A DNA stretch of 64,000 bases from Bacillota bacterium (GCA_023410575.1 JAEYPP010000083.1:149-64148), one strand, 5' to 3'. Shown: positions 9,351 to 18,225, numbered from the stretch's first letter. Translations and numbers: made by a program. Notes: generated by a model not told the origin, from the sequence alone.

Positions 9351-9482
9351 TTCAACGCATACACAGCACCTAGAATCTCCATTTTTAATACTTTCTAGTA
9401 AGGCTTGCGCTGCTGCTTCTCCAACAACTTCACGTATACTCTTAACCATCCTGGTTACCTGTAAATTCTCATTCTTTTCCAT
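9351..9482 (-). CDS. Hypothetical 43-aa ORF translationally coupled to the WYL regulator (MEKNENLQVTRMVKSIREVVGEAAAQALLESIKNGDSRCCVCVEW)
   Basis: Hand-translated; it is below the ORF-track size cut-off. Its ATG overlaps the regulator stop (ATGA). No separate SD and no homology recognised. Confidence 0.25.
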
Positions 9483-10384
9483 CATTCATACCCCTCTAAG
9501 ATTCTCTTTAATTTCTCTTTCAACCGCTCTTTAAGTTCGAAAGGTTCTATAATTTTTAGATGTTCTCCATAACTAATTAAGTGGTAAATAAGCCATTCAT
9601 TATCATTTACTGTATCTTCAACGAGAAAACTACCATCCTCTAACAACGTATAATTGGTAAAGTCGTCATATACTCGAAAAGCTTCCTTCGGATCAATCTT
9701 AAGCTTTAAGTGAATCATATTTCCTTTTTCGGAATAAAGATTCTCATTTAAAACGTGATCTGGTGCTATTCTTTGAAATTGAAGATTCAACACCTTTAAT
9801 TCTTTGATTCTCTTAAGTTTAAAAAACCGATAGTCCTTACGTAGCTGGCAATATCCATATAAATACCAAGAGGCTCCTTTAAAAACAAGTTTTAGTGGCT
9901 CTATGATTCTATCCGTTGTTGTATTATGTATTCCTATATATTGAAAACTGATCTCCATTTTCTTAAGAATTGCTGTTTTCAATATCTTAAAGATATCAGC
10001 TTCTTTTTTGCCGTCGGACCAAAATCCGAAGTCAACCTCAATCCAGTCAGAACCCTTCATCCCAAACACACTTTTCAATTTTTCTAGAGCCGATGTTGTT
10101 GTTTCCTCTAAACCTACTGTCTCAATTGCTTGTAATGAGGCTAATACCTCCCTTTTTTCTTCTTCTGTTATTAAGGATTTGTCGAAAACAAAGTTTGGAA
10201 GTATAGAAATACCCCCGCCTTTTCCTTTGCTCATATACACTGGAATCCCAGAAGCAGAAAGTGTTTCAATATCTCTATAAATGGTCCTTATTGACACTTC
10301 AAAATGAGCAGCCAGCTCCTTCGCGGTTACTCTTTCTCGTTCCATTAAGATATATACAATTTCAAACAACCTACCGAGCAGCAT
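9482..10384 (-). CDS. YafY-family transcriptional regulator (wHTH + WYL domain + C-terminal WCX-like domain)
   Basis: N-terminal HTH VTAKELAAHFEVSIRTIYRDIETLSASGIPV. Central WYL-type region (ASWYLYGYCQLRKDYRFFKLKRI). Confidence 0.8.
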   Translation of the reverse strand: MLLGRLFEIVYILMERERVTAKELAAHFEVSIRTIYRDIETLSASGIPVYMSKGKGGGISILPNFVFDKSLITEEEKREVLASLQAIETVGLEETTTSALEKLKSVFGMKGSDWIEVDFGFWSDGKKEADIFKILKTAILKKMEISFQYIGIHNTTTDRIIEPLKLVFKGASWYLYGYCQLRKDYRFFKLKRIKELKVLNLQFQRIAPDHVLNENLYSEKGNMIHLKLKIDPKEAFRVYDDFTNYTLLEDGSFLVEDTVNDNEWLIYHLISYGEHLKIIEPFELKERLKEKLKRILEGYE

Positions 10385-10574
10385 CTAATACCCCTTACTT
10401 TCTAGAATCATCTCAAATTTTTTCTCTGATAAAATTTCATGTGTTATAAACTCTCCATTATAAAAAAGAACAAAGGTTGTAAAAGGAGAAGGTACATTTT
10501 TTGCATCTTTAGCAGTCCGCACAGCAAATATGCTCCTCCTCTAGATTTTCTTTCGTTACTGATATTAATTCCAT
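10385..10574 (-). pseudogene. Remnant of a YoaP-like GNAT acetyltransferase gene (internal deletion plus frameshift)
   Basis: Strong SD then MELISVTKENLEEEHICCADC*, an N-terminus typical of YoaP-domain GNATs. One frame over: AKDAKNVPSPFTTFVLFYNGEFITHEILSEKKFEMILESKGY*, a typical YoaP C-terminal domain. Only ~62 of the ~250 expected residues remain. The stop abuts the WYL regulator ATG. Confidence 0.5.
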
Positions 10575-10659
10575 ATTGACCTCTCCTTCTCATCCGATAT
10601 CAACACTTATAGCAATTGAACTGGTATATCTTTCCTTTTGCTATCTATTATACACCATC

Positions 10660-10685
10660 AAATATGACATCGGTATGTCATATTT
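10660..10685. promoter_or_regulatory. Perfect palindrome AAATATGACAT-CGGT-ATGTCATATTT next to a TATAAT box upstream of the YoaP-remnant/WYL operon (candidate operator)
   Basis: 11-bp arms read directly. The minus-strand TATAAT (10647-10652) lies just downstream in the transcription direction. A T7 run follows the palindrome on the plus strand. Confidence 0.3.
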
Positions 10686-10788
10686 TTTTATTTTACTTAA
10701 AATGCTTTTACTAAATACATAGAACGAGTAGAAAGGAAAGTACAATCTTTTGACGTGTTCTTGGCGATACAGAGTTTTCTCTTACTCT

Positions 10789-10830
10789 AAAAGGAGCTGT
10801 ACACTAATTACTTAGTGTACAGCTCCTTTT
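10789..10830. terminator. Bidirectional rho-independent terminator after the AraC-family gene
   Basis: AAAAGGAGCTGTACACTAA-TTAC-TTAGTGTACAGCTCCTTTT is a perfect 19-bp stem including A/T runs on both sides. It lies 42 nt after the stop at 10872. Confidence 0.75.
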
Positions 10831-10871
10831 CATGTTCATTTTCAAATGACAGCAGTTGCAATATCACAATC

Positions 10872-11705
10872 TTAAATCTTTTCAATCGGTAACCAGATCT
10901 CGCAATAACTTTCTCCATTATCTTCTTTACAAGGAGGAGCATACATCTCAATATTATAGTTTCCACCAAGCTTATACTCTTTACAATTTGGCAACCATTC
11001 CTTCCACATTCTTGTATTCGTATCCTGTAAATTCTTCATCTTACAAGGAAATACTGCCCAAGTCCCTGCTGGAAGTGTTCTAGTCTCATAACCTCCCCCT
11101 ATTTCCTTCCAAGGTAAATAATTGTCTGCAATCAGGTAATCAAAGTTACTTCCATCGGAGTCGATACAAAGTCCGTACATCCCACAGACAATCTCACAGC
11201 CACCATCCTTCATATGTTCTTGCCAAAACTTAGGTATTTCGTGATACGCAGTTTCGTTATTAAAACTTCTCTTTCTTCCCATTACTGTAAATGCTGCTTT
11301 TTCTTCAATTCGATATTCCATCATCGTTCCACCCTCCAGTGATAATATTATACGAAGTGGCGCAAAATCGCGTAGCTGTGCACCCTTCTCTTTCGCAGCT
11401 GATGGAGTAATTCCATGAAACTTCGTAAATGCTCTCGTAAAGCTATCTGGTGATTCATAACGATACTTGATTGCGATATCGATTACTTTCTCCTCACCAC
11501 GTATTAGCTCTCTTGCCGCCACGGTCATTCTTCGATTTCGAATATATTCAGCAACACTGAATCCACATAAGACCGTAAAAATACGATGAAAGTGATACTC
11601 TGATACATAAGCTTTATCTGCTAAATCCTTAATTGTAATATCTTCTGTCAGATTTTGCTCAATGTATTCAATTACATTTTGTAGACCTTGTATCCAAGTA
11701 CTCAT
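10872..11705 (-). CDS. AraC-family transcriptional regulator with GyrI-like (SOUL/Rob-type) effector-binding domain
   Basis: N-terminal double HTH (ITIKDLADKAYVSEYHFHRIF..., YESPDSFTRAFTKFHGITP). ~150-aa C-terminal GyrI-like region ending EIWLPIEKI. Confidence 0.85.
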   Translation of the reverse strand: MSTWIQGLQNVIEYIEQNLTEDITIKDLADKAYVSEYHFHRIFTVLCGFSVAEYIRNRRMTVAARELIRGEEKVIDIAIKYRYESPDSFTRAFTKFHGITPSAAKEKGAQLRDFAPLRIILSLEGGTMMEYRIEEKAAFTVMGRKRSFNNETAYHEIPKFWQEHMKDGGCEIVCGMYGLCIDSDGSNFDYLIADNYLPWKEIGGGYETRTLPAGTWAVFPCKMKNLQDTNTRMWKEWLPNCKEYKLGGNYNIEMYAPPCKEDNGESYCEIWLPIEKI

Positions 11706-11838
11706 GGTATCGCTCCTCCTTAACTGTAAATACAGTATAATACGAGTTCTATCTTCCTTCCCTACTTTTCTTGCTTAAAACGGTAGGGTAAATTGGGGGG
11801 TATCTACAATTAAAAGAACCATTCTTCTACCGAATTAT

Positions 11839-13344
11839 TTATTGTCTATAATAACTTAAGAAATCTCTTAATTTATCTGCCGCATCTTCAAGTACTTCCA
11901 AACGTGGTAAATATACGATGCGGAAATGATCAGGTTTTTCCCAGTTAAATCCACCACCATGTACAATAAGGATCTTCTTATCTCTTAATAAATCTAATGC
12001 AAATTTCTCATCATTTAAGATATTAAATCTCTTCGTATCTAGTTTCGGGAAGATATAGAATGCAGCCTTTGGTTTTACTGCACTAATTCCAGGAATGTCA
12101 TTAAGTGCCTTGTAAATGAAATCACGTTGCTCATATACTCTTCCACCTGGCACAATATAATTCGTTACACTTTGATAGCCACCCAAAGCAGTTTGAACAA
12201 TGGATTGAGCTGGTACATTCGAACAAAGTCTCATATTGGATAACATATTGAGCCCTTGTATATAATCTTTTGCTAAATTTTTATTACCGCTGAGAACCAT
12301 CCAACCGATACGAAATCCTGCAATCATATGTGATTTTGATAATCCACTGTATGTAACACAGAATAAATCTGGTGCTAGTGAAGCGATTGAAACATGTTCC
12401 TCCCCATCCATAACCAAACGGTCATAAATTTCATCAGAAAAAATAATAAGCTGATGTTCTCTAGCAACATTTACGATTTGCTGTAATACTTCCTTCGGAT
12501 ATAAGGCTCCCGTCGGATTATTCGGATTAATAATTACAATCGCTTTTGTTTTATCCGTTATTTTCTTTCTAATATCATCCAAATCTGGATACCACTCAGA
12601 TTGTTCATCACAAATATAATGAACTGCCTTGCCACCTGATAATGTAACACAAGCGGTCCATAATGGATAATCTGGGGAAGGTACCAGTACTTCATCGCCA
12701 TTATCTAATAAGGCAGACATACTTAGACTAATTAGTTCGCTTACTCCATTTCCTGTATAAATGTCTTCAATGGAAACATTCGGGATGTTTTTCAGTTGAG
12801 AATATTGCATAATCGCTTTTCTCGCGGAGAACAGTCCTTTGGAAGCTGAATATCCCTCGCACTCCGTTAATTGTCGTTGCATATCGTAAACAACCTCGTC
12901 AGGAGTACGAAAGCCAAATGGAGCTGGATTACCGATATTAAGCTTTAATACATGGGTACCACTATCCTCCATTCTTGTTGCTTCATCTACTACAGGTCCT
13001 CTTACGTCATATAAAACATTATCCAATTTGGATGATTTCCTAAACTCACGCATACTATTACTCCCTTCTTTGGTAACACCCTGACTTGATGATTCCATTG
13101 TATGAGCAATGTTATGAGTATTCGATTCTTTGCCATATAACCATTGAACATCTACATGCAATGTTTTAGCAAGAAAATAACCTATTTTCTCTCTAGGTAC
13201 AGAATCTCCACTTACGTATTGACTCATTTGGCTCTTACCAAGTTTAATATTCTCTTCTTTTGCTGCACGAAGGAAATCAACTTGTTTCATTCCTTGCATT
13301 TGCATCGCTTCCTTTAATCGTTCTGTAAATGTAGCATTTATCAT
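11839..13344 (-). CDS. Fusion protein: N-terminal XRE-type HTH domain + AlaA/YfbQ-type class I PLP aminotransferase
   Basis: aa 5-70 look like HTH_XRE (FTERLKEAMQMQGMKQVDFLRAA...SQMSQYVSG). From ~aa 100 there is a near-continuous match to E. coli AlaA as I remember it (KLDNVLYDVRGPV, LKLNIGNPAPFGF, IINPNNPTGA, PLP-Lys context SGLSKSHMIAGFRIGW). Confidence 0.85.
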   Translation of the reverse strand: MINATFTERLKEAMQMQGMKQVDFLRAAKEENIKLGKSQMSQYVSGDSVPREKIGYFLAKTLHVDVQWLYGKESNTHNIAHTMESSSQGVTKEGSNSMREFRKSSKLDNVLYDVRGPVVDEATRMEDSGTHVLKLNIGNPAPFGFRTPDEVVYDMQRQLTECEGYSASKGLFSARKAIMQYSQLKNIPNVSIEDIYTGNGVSELISLSMSALLDNGDEVLVPSPDYPLWTACVTLSGGKAVHYICDEQSEWYPDLDDIRKKITDKTKAIVIINPNNPTGALYPKEVLQQIVNVAREHQLIIFSDEIYDRLVMDGEEHVSIASLAPDLFCVTYSGLSKSHMIAGFRIGWMVLSGNKNLAKDYIQGLNMLSNMRLCSNVPAQSIVQTALGGYQSVTNYIVPGGRVYEQRDFIYKALNDIPGISAVKPKAAFYIFPKLDTKRFNILNDEKFALDLLRDKKILIVHGGGFNWEKPDHFRIVYLPRLEVLEDAADKLRDFLSYYRQ

Positions 13345-13576
13345 TGTCTATTCTCCTCCCAATCTTCAATCAACCAACAAGTAGGTATTATGATTATTAT
13401 GTATTAGTTCATTAAAAGTTCAAATGTTCATTTGTTTCTTATTATGATAACACTATTTTTCATATTATTCAAGTATTTTCCAATAAAAAGTTTAGAAAAT
13501 TATAAATATGTTCAATATGTTCTTTATTTTCTCCATATAAAGTGCTTTATTGTTCATGTTTACTTATTGTTACGAT

Positions 13577-13630
13577 TAAAAAGTTCATTTTAGATTCAAA
13601 TCACAGCAAAAAGTTCATTTTTATTCAAAT
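13577..13630. promoter_or_regulatory. Direct repeat pair AAAAAGTTCATTTT(N)ATTCAAAT x2 within a GTTCA-rich upstream region of the HTH-aminotransferase gene
   Basis: aaaaagttcattttagattcaaat (13577-13601) and aaaaagttcatttttattcaaat (13608-13630), ~31 bp apart. Further (A/T)GTTCA(A/T) motifs occur near 13405, 13418, 13426, 13510 and 13551. Confidence 0.3.
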
Positions 13631-13751
13631 TGTAACCAAACGTTTATTTAACAATATACCATTAGGTACATTCCTTTTCATACTCTTAAAAAAATAAACA
13701 CTCAATAGTAATAAGCAGTTTCATGTCATGTCGTAATCAGTTTTTTTCCAA

Positions 13752-13784
13752 TATAAAAGCGACCCGATTTATATGTCGGGCCGC
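13752..13784 (-). terminator. Rho-independent terminator after the island ABC ATPase gene
   Basis: Minus strand: GCGGCCCGA-CATATAAA-TCGGGTCGC (one mismatch) followed by TTTTAT. Confidence 0.6.
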
Positions 13785-13862
13785 TATGGGAAACGGCAAT
13801 TTTAATTCTAAAAGCATATTATTTCCGTAGTGGTTGTGAAATGAAAGCTCCGATGGCTATGT

Positions 13863-14495
13863 TTATCTTACCACTTCTATACCACCCCGTTTTATCTTGA
13901 AAACAACATCAGCTTGTCCCGCCACTTCATTAGCGTGAGTTACCACTATGACGCATTTTTGAAATTCATGGGCGCTTTCTTTGAGTATTTTTACAATTCC
14001 AGCCGCTGTATCCTCATCCAAATTGCCTGTTGGCTCGTCAGCTAAGATAATAGGAGCGTCAGAGGCAAGGGCGCGGGCAATCGCTACACGCTGCTGCTGG
14101 CCGCCGGACAGCTTTAAGATATTCCGCTTGGTCTCCTCTGCGGTAATTCCTAATCGCTCTAAAACTGAAAACGCACTTTTATTTGCGGTCAGCACAACAT
14201 TCTCAATCGGGTTCATGTAGTCGATAAGGTTGTAACTTTGAAAAACCATAGCGATACGATTTCTCCTGTGGTAGTCAAGACCTTTTTCCGCAATATCCTC
14301 ACCGTCAAACAGGATATTACCCTTGACCGGAACATCTAAGCCACCAAGAATGGACAACAGAGTAGTCTTGCCAGAACCGGATGGCCCGAGGATAGCATAC
14401 ATTTTCCCCGTTTCAAGTACGGCATTTATATCGGACAGTATGTTTTTACCTTTTTCGTAGGTATAAAATACACTTTTGATTTCTAAGGTACTCAT
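13863..14495 (-). CDS. ABC transporter ATP-binding protein (MacB/FtsE-like)
   Basis: Walker [10 protein letters not shown], signature [15 protein letters not shown], Walker [13 protein letters not shown]-loop VTHA. Confidence 0.9.
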   Translation of the reverse strand: MSTLEIKSVFYTYEKGKNILSDINAVLETGKMYAILGPSGSGKTTLLSILGGLDVPVKGNILFDGEDIAEKGLDYHRRNRIAMVFQSYNLIDYMNPIENVVLTANKSAFSVLERLGITAEETKRNILKLSGGQQQRVAIARALASDAPIILADEPTGNLDEDTAAGIVKILKESAHEFQKCVIVVTHANEVAGQADVVFKIKRGGIEVVR

Positions 14496-14507
14496 TTTTC
14501 GCTCCTT

Positions 14508-16043
14508 TCAGCTCATTTTTGATAGTATTTCTCTAGGCTTTAAGCGCATTACTGTCATCCCCGCAACGCCTACCGATATGATTATGATAACGAAACCGAT
14601 GAGGTACAATTTCAAAATACTGTCCAATCCGATAGATACGCTGATTTGAGTATCATTTGGTAACTCAGGTTCTTCGATTGGCGAGGGAACATACCTGCCG
14701 TCTTCGTCGGGAACAATACCTTGGATACCATCTTGGCCTGCAACAAAGAAGCCCCCTCCGCCGACGGTATCGTTGCTGACAGCATCTCCGTTAGCGATAT
14801 CGACAGATATCTGTGCGCTAGGTACATTTTGCTGCAAAAGGCCGTTTCCGACTTGCTGCGCAATCACACTGCTAGTAAAGTAAGATAACCCGAATGCCAA
14901 TACCGCAATCAACAAAACCTCGGCGAGATATTGTCCGATAATAGCCTCTTTTCTGATACCGACTGAGAGGTATATACCCGTCTCGTGGATACGGTTTTTC
15001 GACCACATCGTGAGTATAAGGGAAAGTATCAACGCACTGACAACCACTGTGATCGCAAGTATTGTCACTATGAGGTCATTAAGCCTTTCAAGCGGCGCAG
15101 CTGCTTTTGCATAATCCTCGTTATCTATACCAATTATAAACGCCTGCGAATCAATTAAGAAATTCTCCTCAATGTATGATAAGATGTCCGAAAGTTTAAT
15201 AGGATCGCTTACCCTAAAGGAGACTTCACTAAATCCCTTTGGAATGCCCGGCTGCCACTGTTTAAAGCTACTCATGTCGAAGAATATCCTATTCTCCAAC
15301 ATATCATGCTGTGACGCCATACTTATTGTCTTGCCTCCCTTAAGCATGGGGTCCGTGATCTCAAATATGCCGACTATTGTAACCCCGGTGATAGTTTCAC
15401 CGGTTTGATATAGCTTGCCGTCTTCAAGCCGCTCGTTTTTTCCCAACAGAGTCAGTTCATCTCCGAGCCTAAGTCCGTTTTTTTCAGCCAAATCCTTACT
15501 TATAACCGCCACATTGCTTTCGTCTGCCCAAAAATGGCGGCCCTGAGTTAATGTCAGCGTGCCGGAACGGAAATAGCCCACTTCCTCTGTAGTCCCTACA
15601 ATAGACGCTTTTGCCATTCGCTGTTGTGTTGGCGACAACTGTATGGTACCGGGTATATACTCAATATCCGCAAACTTCATAATATAATCTCTTATTTCTG
15701 CGTCGTAGGCAACAACGCCGTCTATGCCCATGATTGTGTCAATTTCCTTCTGCGTGATGGGTTTTTCCGTGTAGCTTTCAAACGCTTGATTAATAGCTTC
15801 CGGGTTATCCAACACAACTAATTCCGCTTGGATTCGATACGGGTTTTCCTCGGAATAATTGTCCGCTAAATTAATATATCCCCCCAGCGTTTTCCGCAAG
15901 TTCTCCTGCGCCAAATCGGACGATTTACCGATTGACAGACTTGTGAGCGCAAAGGTTGCTATGACCAGTAAGACGGCAAACATCAATACGCTCTTTCCTT
16001 TTTTTCGTGTAACATATAAATAGGCTCGTTTCAATGAACTCAA
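14508..16043 (-). CDS. FtsX/MacB-type ABC transporter permease with a large extracytoplasmic domain
   Basis: N-terminal TM, ~270-aa extracytoplasmic region, C-terminal FtsX-like TM bundle with a Gly/Pro-rich ~90-aa loop before the last TM. TTG start with GGAG 9 nt upstream, so the start is less certain. Confidence 0.8.
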   Translation of the reverse strand: MSSLKRAYLYVTRKKGKSVLMFAVLLVIATFALTSLSIGKSSDLAQENLRKTLGGYINLADNYSEENPYRIQAELVVLDNPEAINQAFESYTEKPITQKEIDTIMGIDGVVAYDAEIRDYIMKFADIEYIPGTIQLSPTQQRMAKASIVGTTEEVGYFRSGTLTLTQGRHFWADESNVAVISKDLAEKNGLRLGDELTLLGKNERLEDGKLYQTGETITGVTIVGIFEITDPMLKGGKTISMASQHDMLENRIFFDMSSFKQWQPGIPKGFSEVSFRVSDPIKLSDILSYIEENFLIDSQAFIIGIDNEDYAKAAAPLERLNDLIVTILAITVVVSALILSLILTMWSKNRIHETGIYLSVGIRKEAIIGQYLAEVLLIAVLAFGLSYFTSSVIAQQVGNGLLQQNVPSAQISVDIANGDAVSNDTVGGGGFFVAGQDGIQGIVPDEDGRYVPSPIEEPELPNDTQISVSIGLDSILKLYLIGFVIIIISVGVAGMTVMRLKPREILSKMS

Positions 16044-16204
16044 TTTAACGTACTCCTTTCAATTTAGAATAATCATATAATAACTCATCGATATAGAGGG
16101 GGTATGAAACGTATATGGAGCGTATATGGAATTGTAAAGTAGAACAAAAATCCCGCCACTCAAAAAGCGACGGGAAATAACAATTATTGAAGTAATATAA
16201 GGGA

Positions 16205-17332
16205 TTAAACATAGATAGAGAACTGCATCCCCTGCCCATTCTCTGACGGCTCAAATTTATAGTCTATATCTAAAGCATCTAATATTGTAGCAGTGATATA
16301 CAGGCCGAGCCCGTTGCCTCCGGTATCACGATTTCTCGCGTATTCGGGGCGATAAAACGGTTCAAAAATACGTGTCAAATGCTCCTGTGGTATAGGCGTA
16401 CACTCATTTTCAACTATAATCATATTTTCGTCAAAGAAAACTATAACTGTGTTTCCTGCATCGGTATATGAAACGGCGTTAGAAATTACATTTGCAATCG
16501 CTTTTTCCAGCAACTTAGGTTTGGTATTCATCATAAACCCATATGACAAATCAAGCTCAAATCCAATCCCTTTTGCCTTAGCAATCATTCGATATGATTA
16601 GCATAAATCATCTATCATATCAGCGACGTCAGTATCAACGGTCTCTTCACTTTCCATAATCATACCTAACTTTGAGGTGTCCAGTATATTTCTTATCATA
16701 ATGTGAAGCTGTTCCGTTTGTTCCTTGCACTTAAGTAAATATTCATCATGATTCCGATATTTTCCCACGCCAAGTATCATATTCTCAAGCATGGCATTGA
16801 CGGCTGTGACAGGCGTTTTCAATTCATGAGAAGCGGCACGAAGAAAGTCAACCTTTGATCTTTCAGCCTCGCGCACTTTTTCTTTTTCCGTTTCAAGATT
16901 GTCTATAGTTACAAGCAAGCTTTGATACAGCTCGTTAATGTTTTCAGACAAAATACCTAGTTCATCCCGCGAATGTATATCTGAAGCCGCAGTCTTTTCA
17001 AGCCGCGCCATTTTCTCTGTAACAGATGAAATGTGTTTTATTGGGACAGTAAATACTTTTGAATAGAGAATCGAGCAAATCAGTGACACAAAAACGCAGC
17101 AGAGCAGCGAGAGGGGAAATGCATTGACAATTATGCTGGTTATGGCAGATTGCTTTAACGTCGTGCTTATCTCGCGTGTTGTGCCATCAGACATTGACAA
17201 ATATATCGGCAAATCATCTGCAGCCCTTTGGATAGCGAAAAGATAAGTCAGGCCAAATGCCAGCACCACGATAAAGAGCATTAATGAAAACGTGTATAAA
17301 AAGGTTCTCGGAAATATTTTCATCTTTTTCAT
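16205..17332 (-). pseudogene. Histidine kinase interrupted by a single in-frame TAA (track ORFs 16598..17332 and 16205..16588)
   Basis: The N-terminal part has 2 TM with a ~35-aa loop, HAMP and H-box RAASHELKTPVTA. The C-terminal part has HATPase motifs (NAVSYT, GGNGLGLYI). The junction reads ..DDLC-TAA-SYR-MIAKAKG, all in one frame; the stop is at 16598-16600. Confidence 0.75.
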
Positions 17333-17994
17333 TTACCCACCTCATATTTATAACCAATGCCCTTGACAGTAACAATACAATCGAACCGTAATTTTTTTCG
17401 GATATTTTTTATATAAGTATCTATTGTCCTGTCGATAATGGGGTAATCATCACCCCATATTTGGTCAAGAATCTGCGACCTTGTAAGAACATGCCCCTTA
17501 TGTCCCACTAGCAATTTTAACAAGTCAATTTCCTTTGGGGTTATGTCGATCTTGCCTGTGCTGTCGTTTGCTGTATAGCCGGAAAAATTAACGGTGACAT
17601 CTCCAAAATTCATAGTATATAAAGAAGCATTTTCGGCACTCCTGCGCAGTAGCGCCGTAACGCGCTTACCCAGTATGACCATTGAAAAGGGCTTTATCAT
17701 ATAATCATCGGCCTGTCCGTCAAAGCTGGTAACCTGCGTATACTCGTCCTCAATGGCCGTAAGCATGATCACAGGCACTACGCTCCTTTTTCGGATTTCG
17801 TGAAGCACCGCAAGCCCCGTGATTTTGGGTAACATGATATCAAGTACGATAAGTTCTATTTCATTTTCCGAAAAAAGTAACAGAGCTTCCTCGCCGTCAT
17901 AAGCGGAAACAATACTGTGTCCAGTGGACTTCAAGTATTCGCTTATTGCTTCATTTGTATTTTTATCATCCTCAACAATCAGCAACAATGCCAT
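17329..17994 (-). CDS. OmpR-family response regulator
   Basis: LLIVEDDKN, VLDIMLPKITG and YMIKPF, winged-helix C-terminus (VKGIGYKY). 4-nt overlap with the kinase ORF. Confidence 0.9.
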   Translation of the reverse strand: MALLLIVEDDKNTNEAISEYLKSTGHSIVSAYDGEEALLLFSENEIELIVLDIMLPKITGLAVLHEIRKRSVVPVIMLTAIEDEYTQVTSFDGQADDYMIKPFSMVILGKRVTALLRRSAENASLYTMNFGDVTVNFSGYTANDSTGKIDITPKEIDLLKLLVGHKGHVLTRSQILDQIWGDDYPIIDRTIDTYIKNIRKKLRFDCIVTVKGIGYKYEVGK

Positions 17995-18200
17995 GTCAAC
18001 ACCTCCTTGTTAATCGTATCATGCCAATATGGAAACAATGTGAAATTAATATCGCACTTTAATTATATCATGCTACACAAAGATGTCGCAAAATCCGCCC
18101 AAGAATGGTTTTGCATAAACCGGCAAGCAGGGCAATTGTGACTACGGTTTTGATTTTTCGCGCCGTCCAGCGCTCATAATGCTTTACATTATAATAACAT

Positions 18201-18225
18201 GGACTGTCAATTCATACGACAGTCC
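18201..18225 (-). terminator. Hairpin just downstream of the ABC-F gene (probable terminator)
   Basis: GGACTGTC-(9 nt)-GACAGTCC lies 10 nt after the stop. The following U-tract on the minus strand is only moderate (ATGTTATTATAATG). Confidence 0.45.

Noticed and set aside
16045-16254. 69-aa ORF between the broken kinase and the permease.
   Set aside because: It overlaps the kinase 3' end out of frame and spans the permease SD region. No SD or motif of its own.
18100-18190. Short G+C-rich ORF fragments at the right edge of the island (MSAGRREKSKP* and, in another frame, ..KIKTVVTIALLAGLCKTILGRILRHLCVA*).
   Set aside because: Too short and frame-broken to assign. Possibly the remnant of a membrane protein gene that came with the island, but I have no motif evidence.
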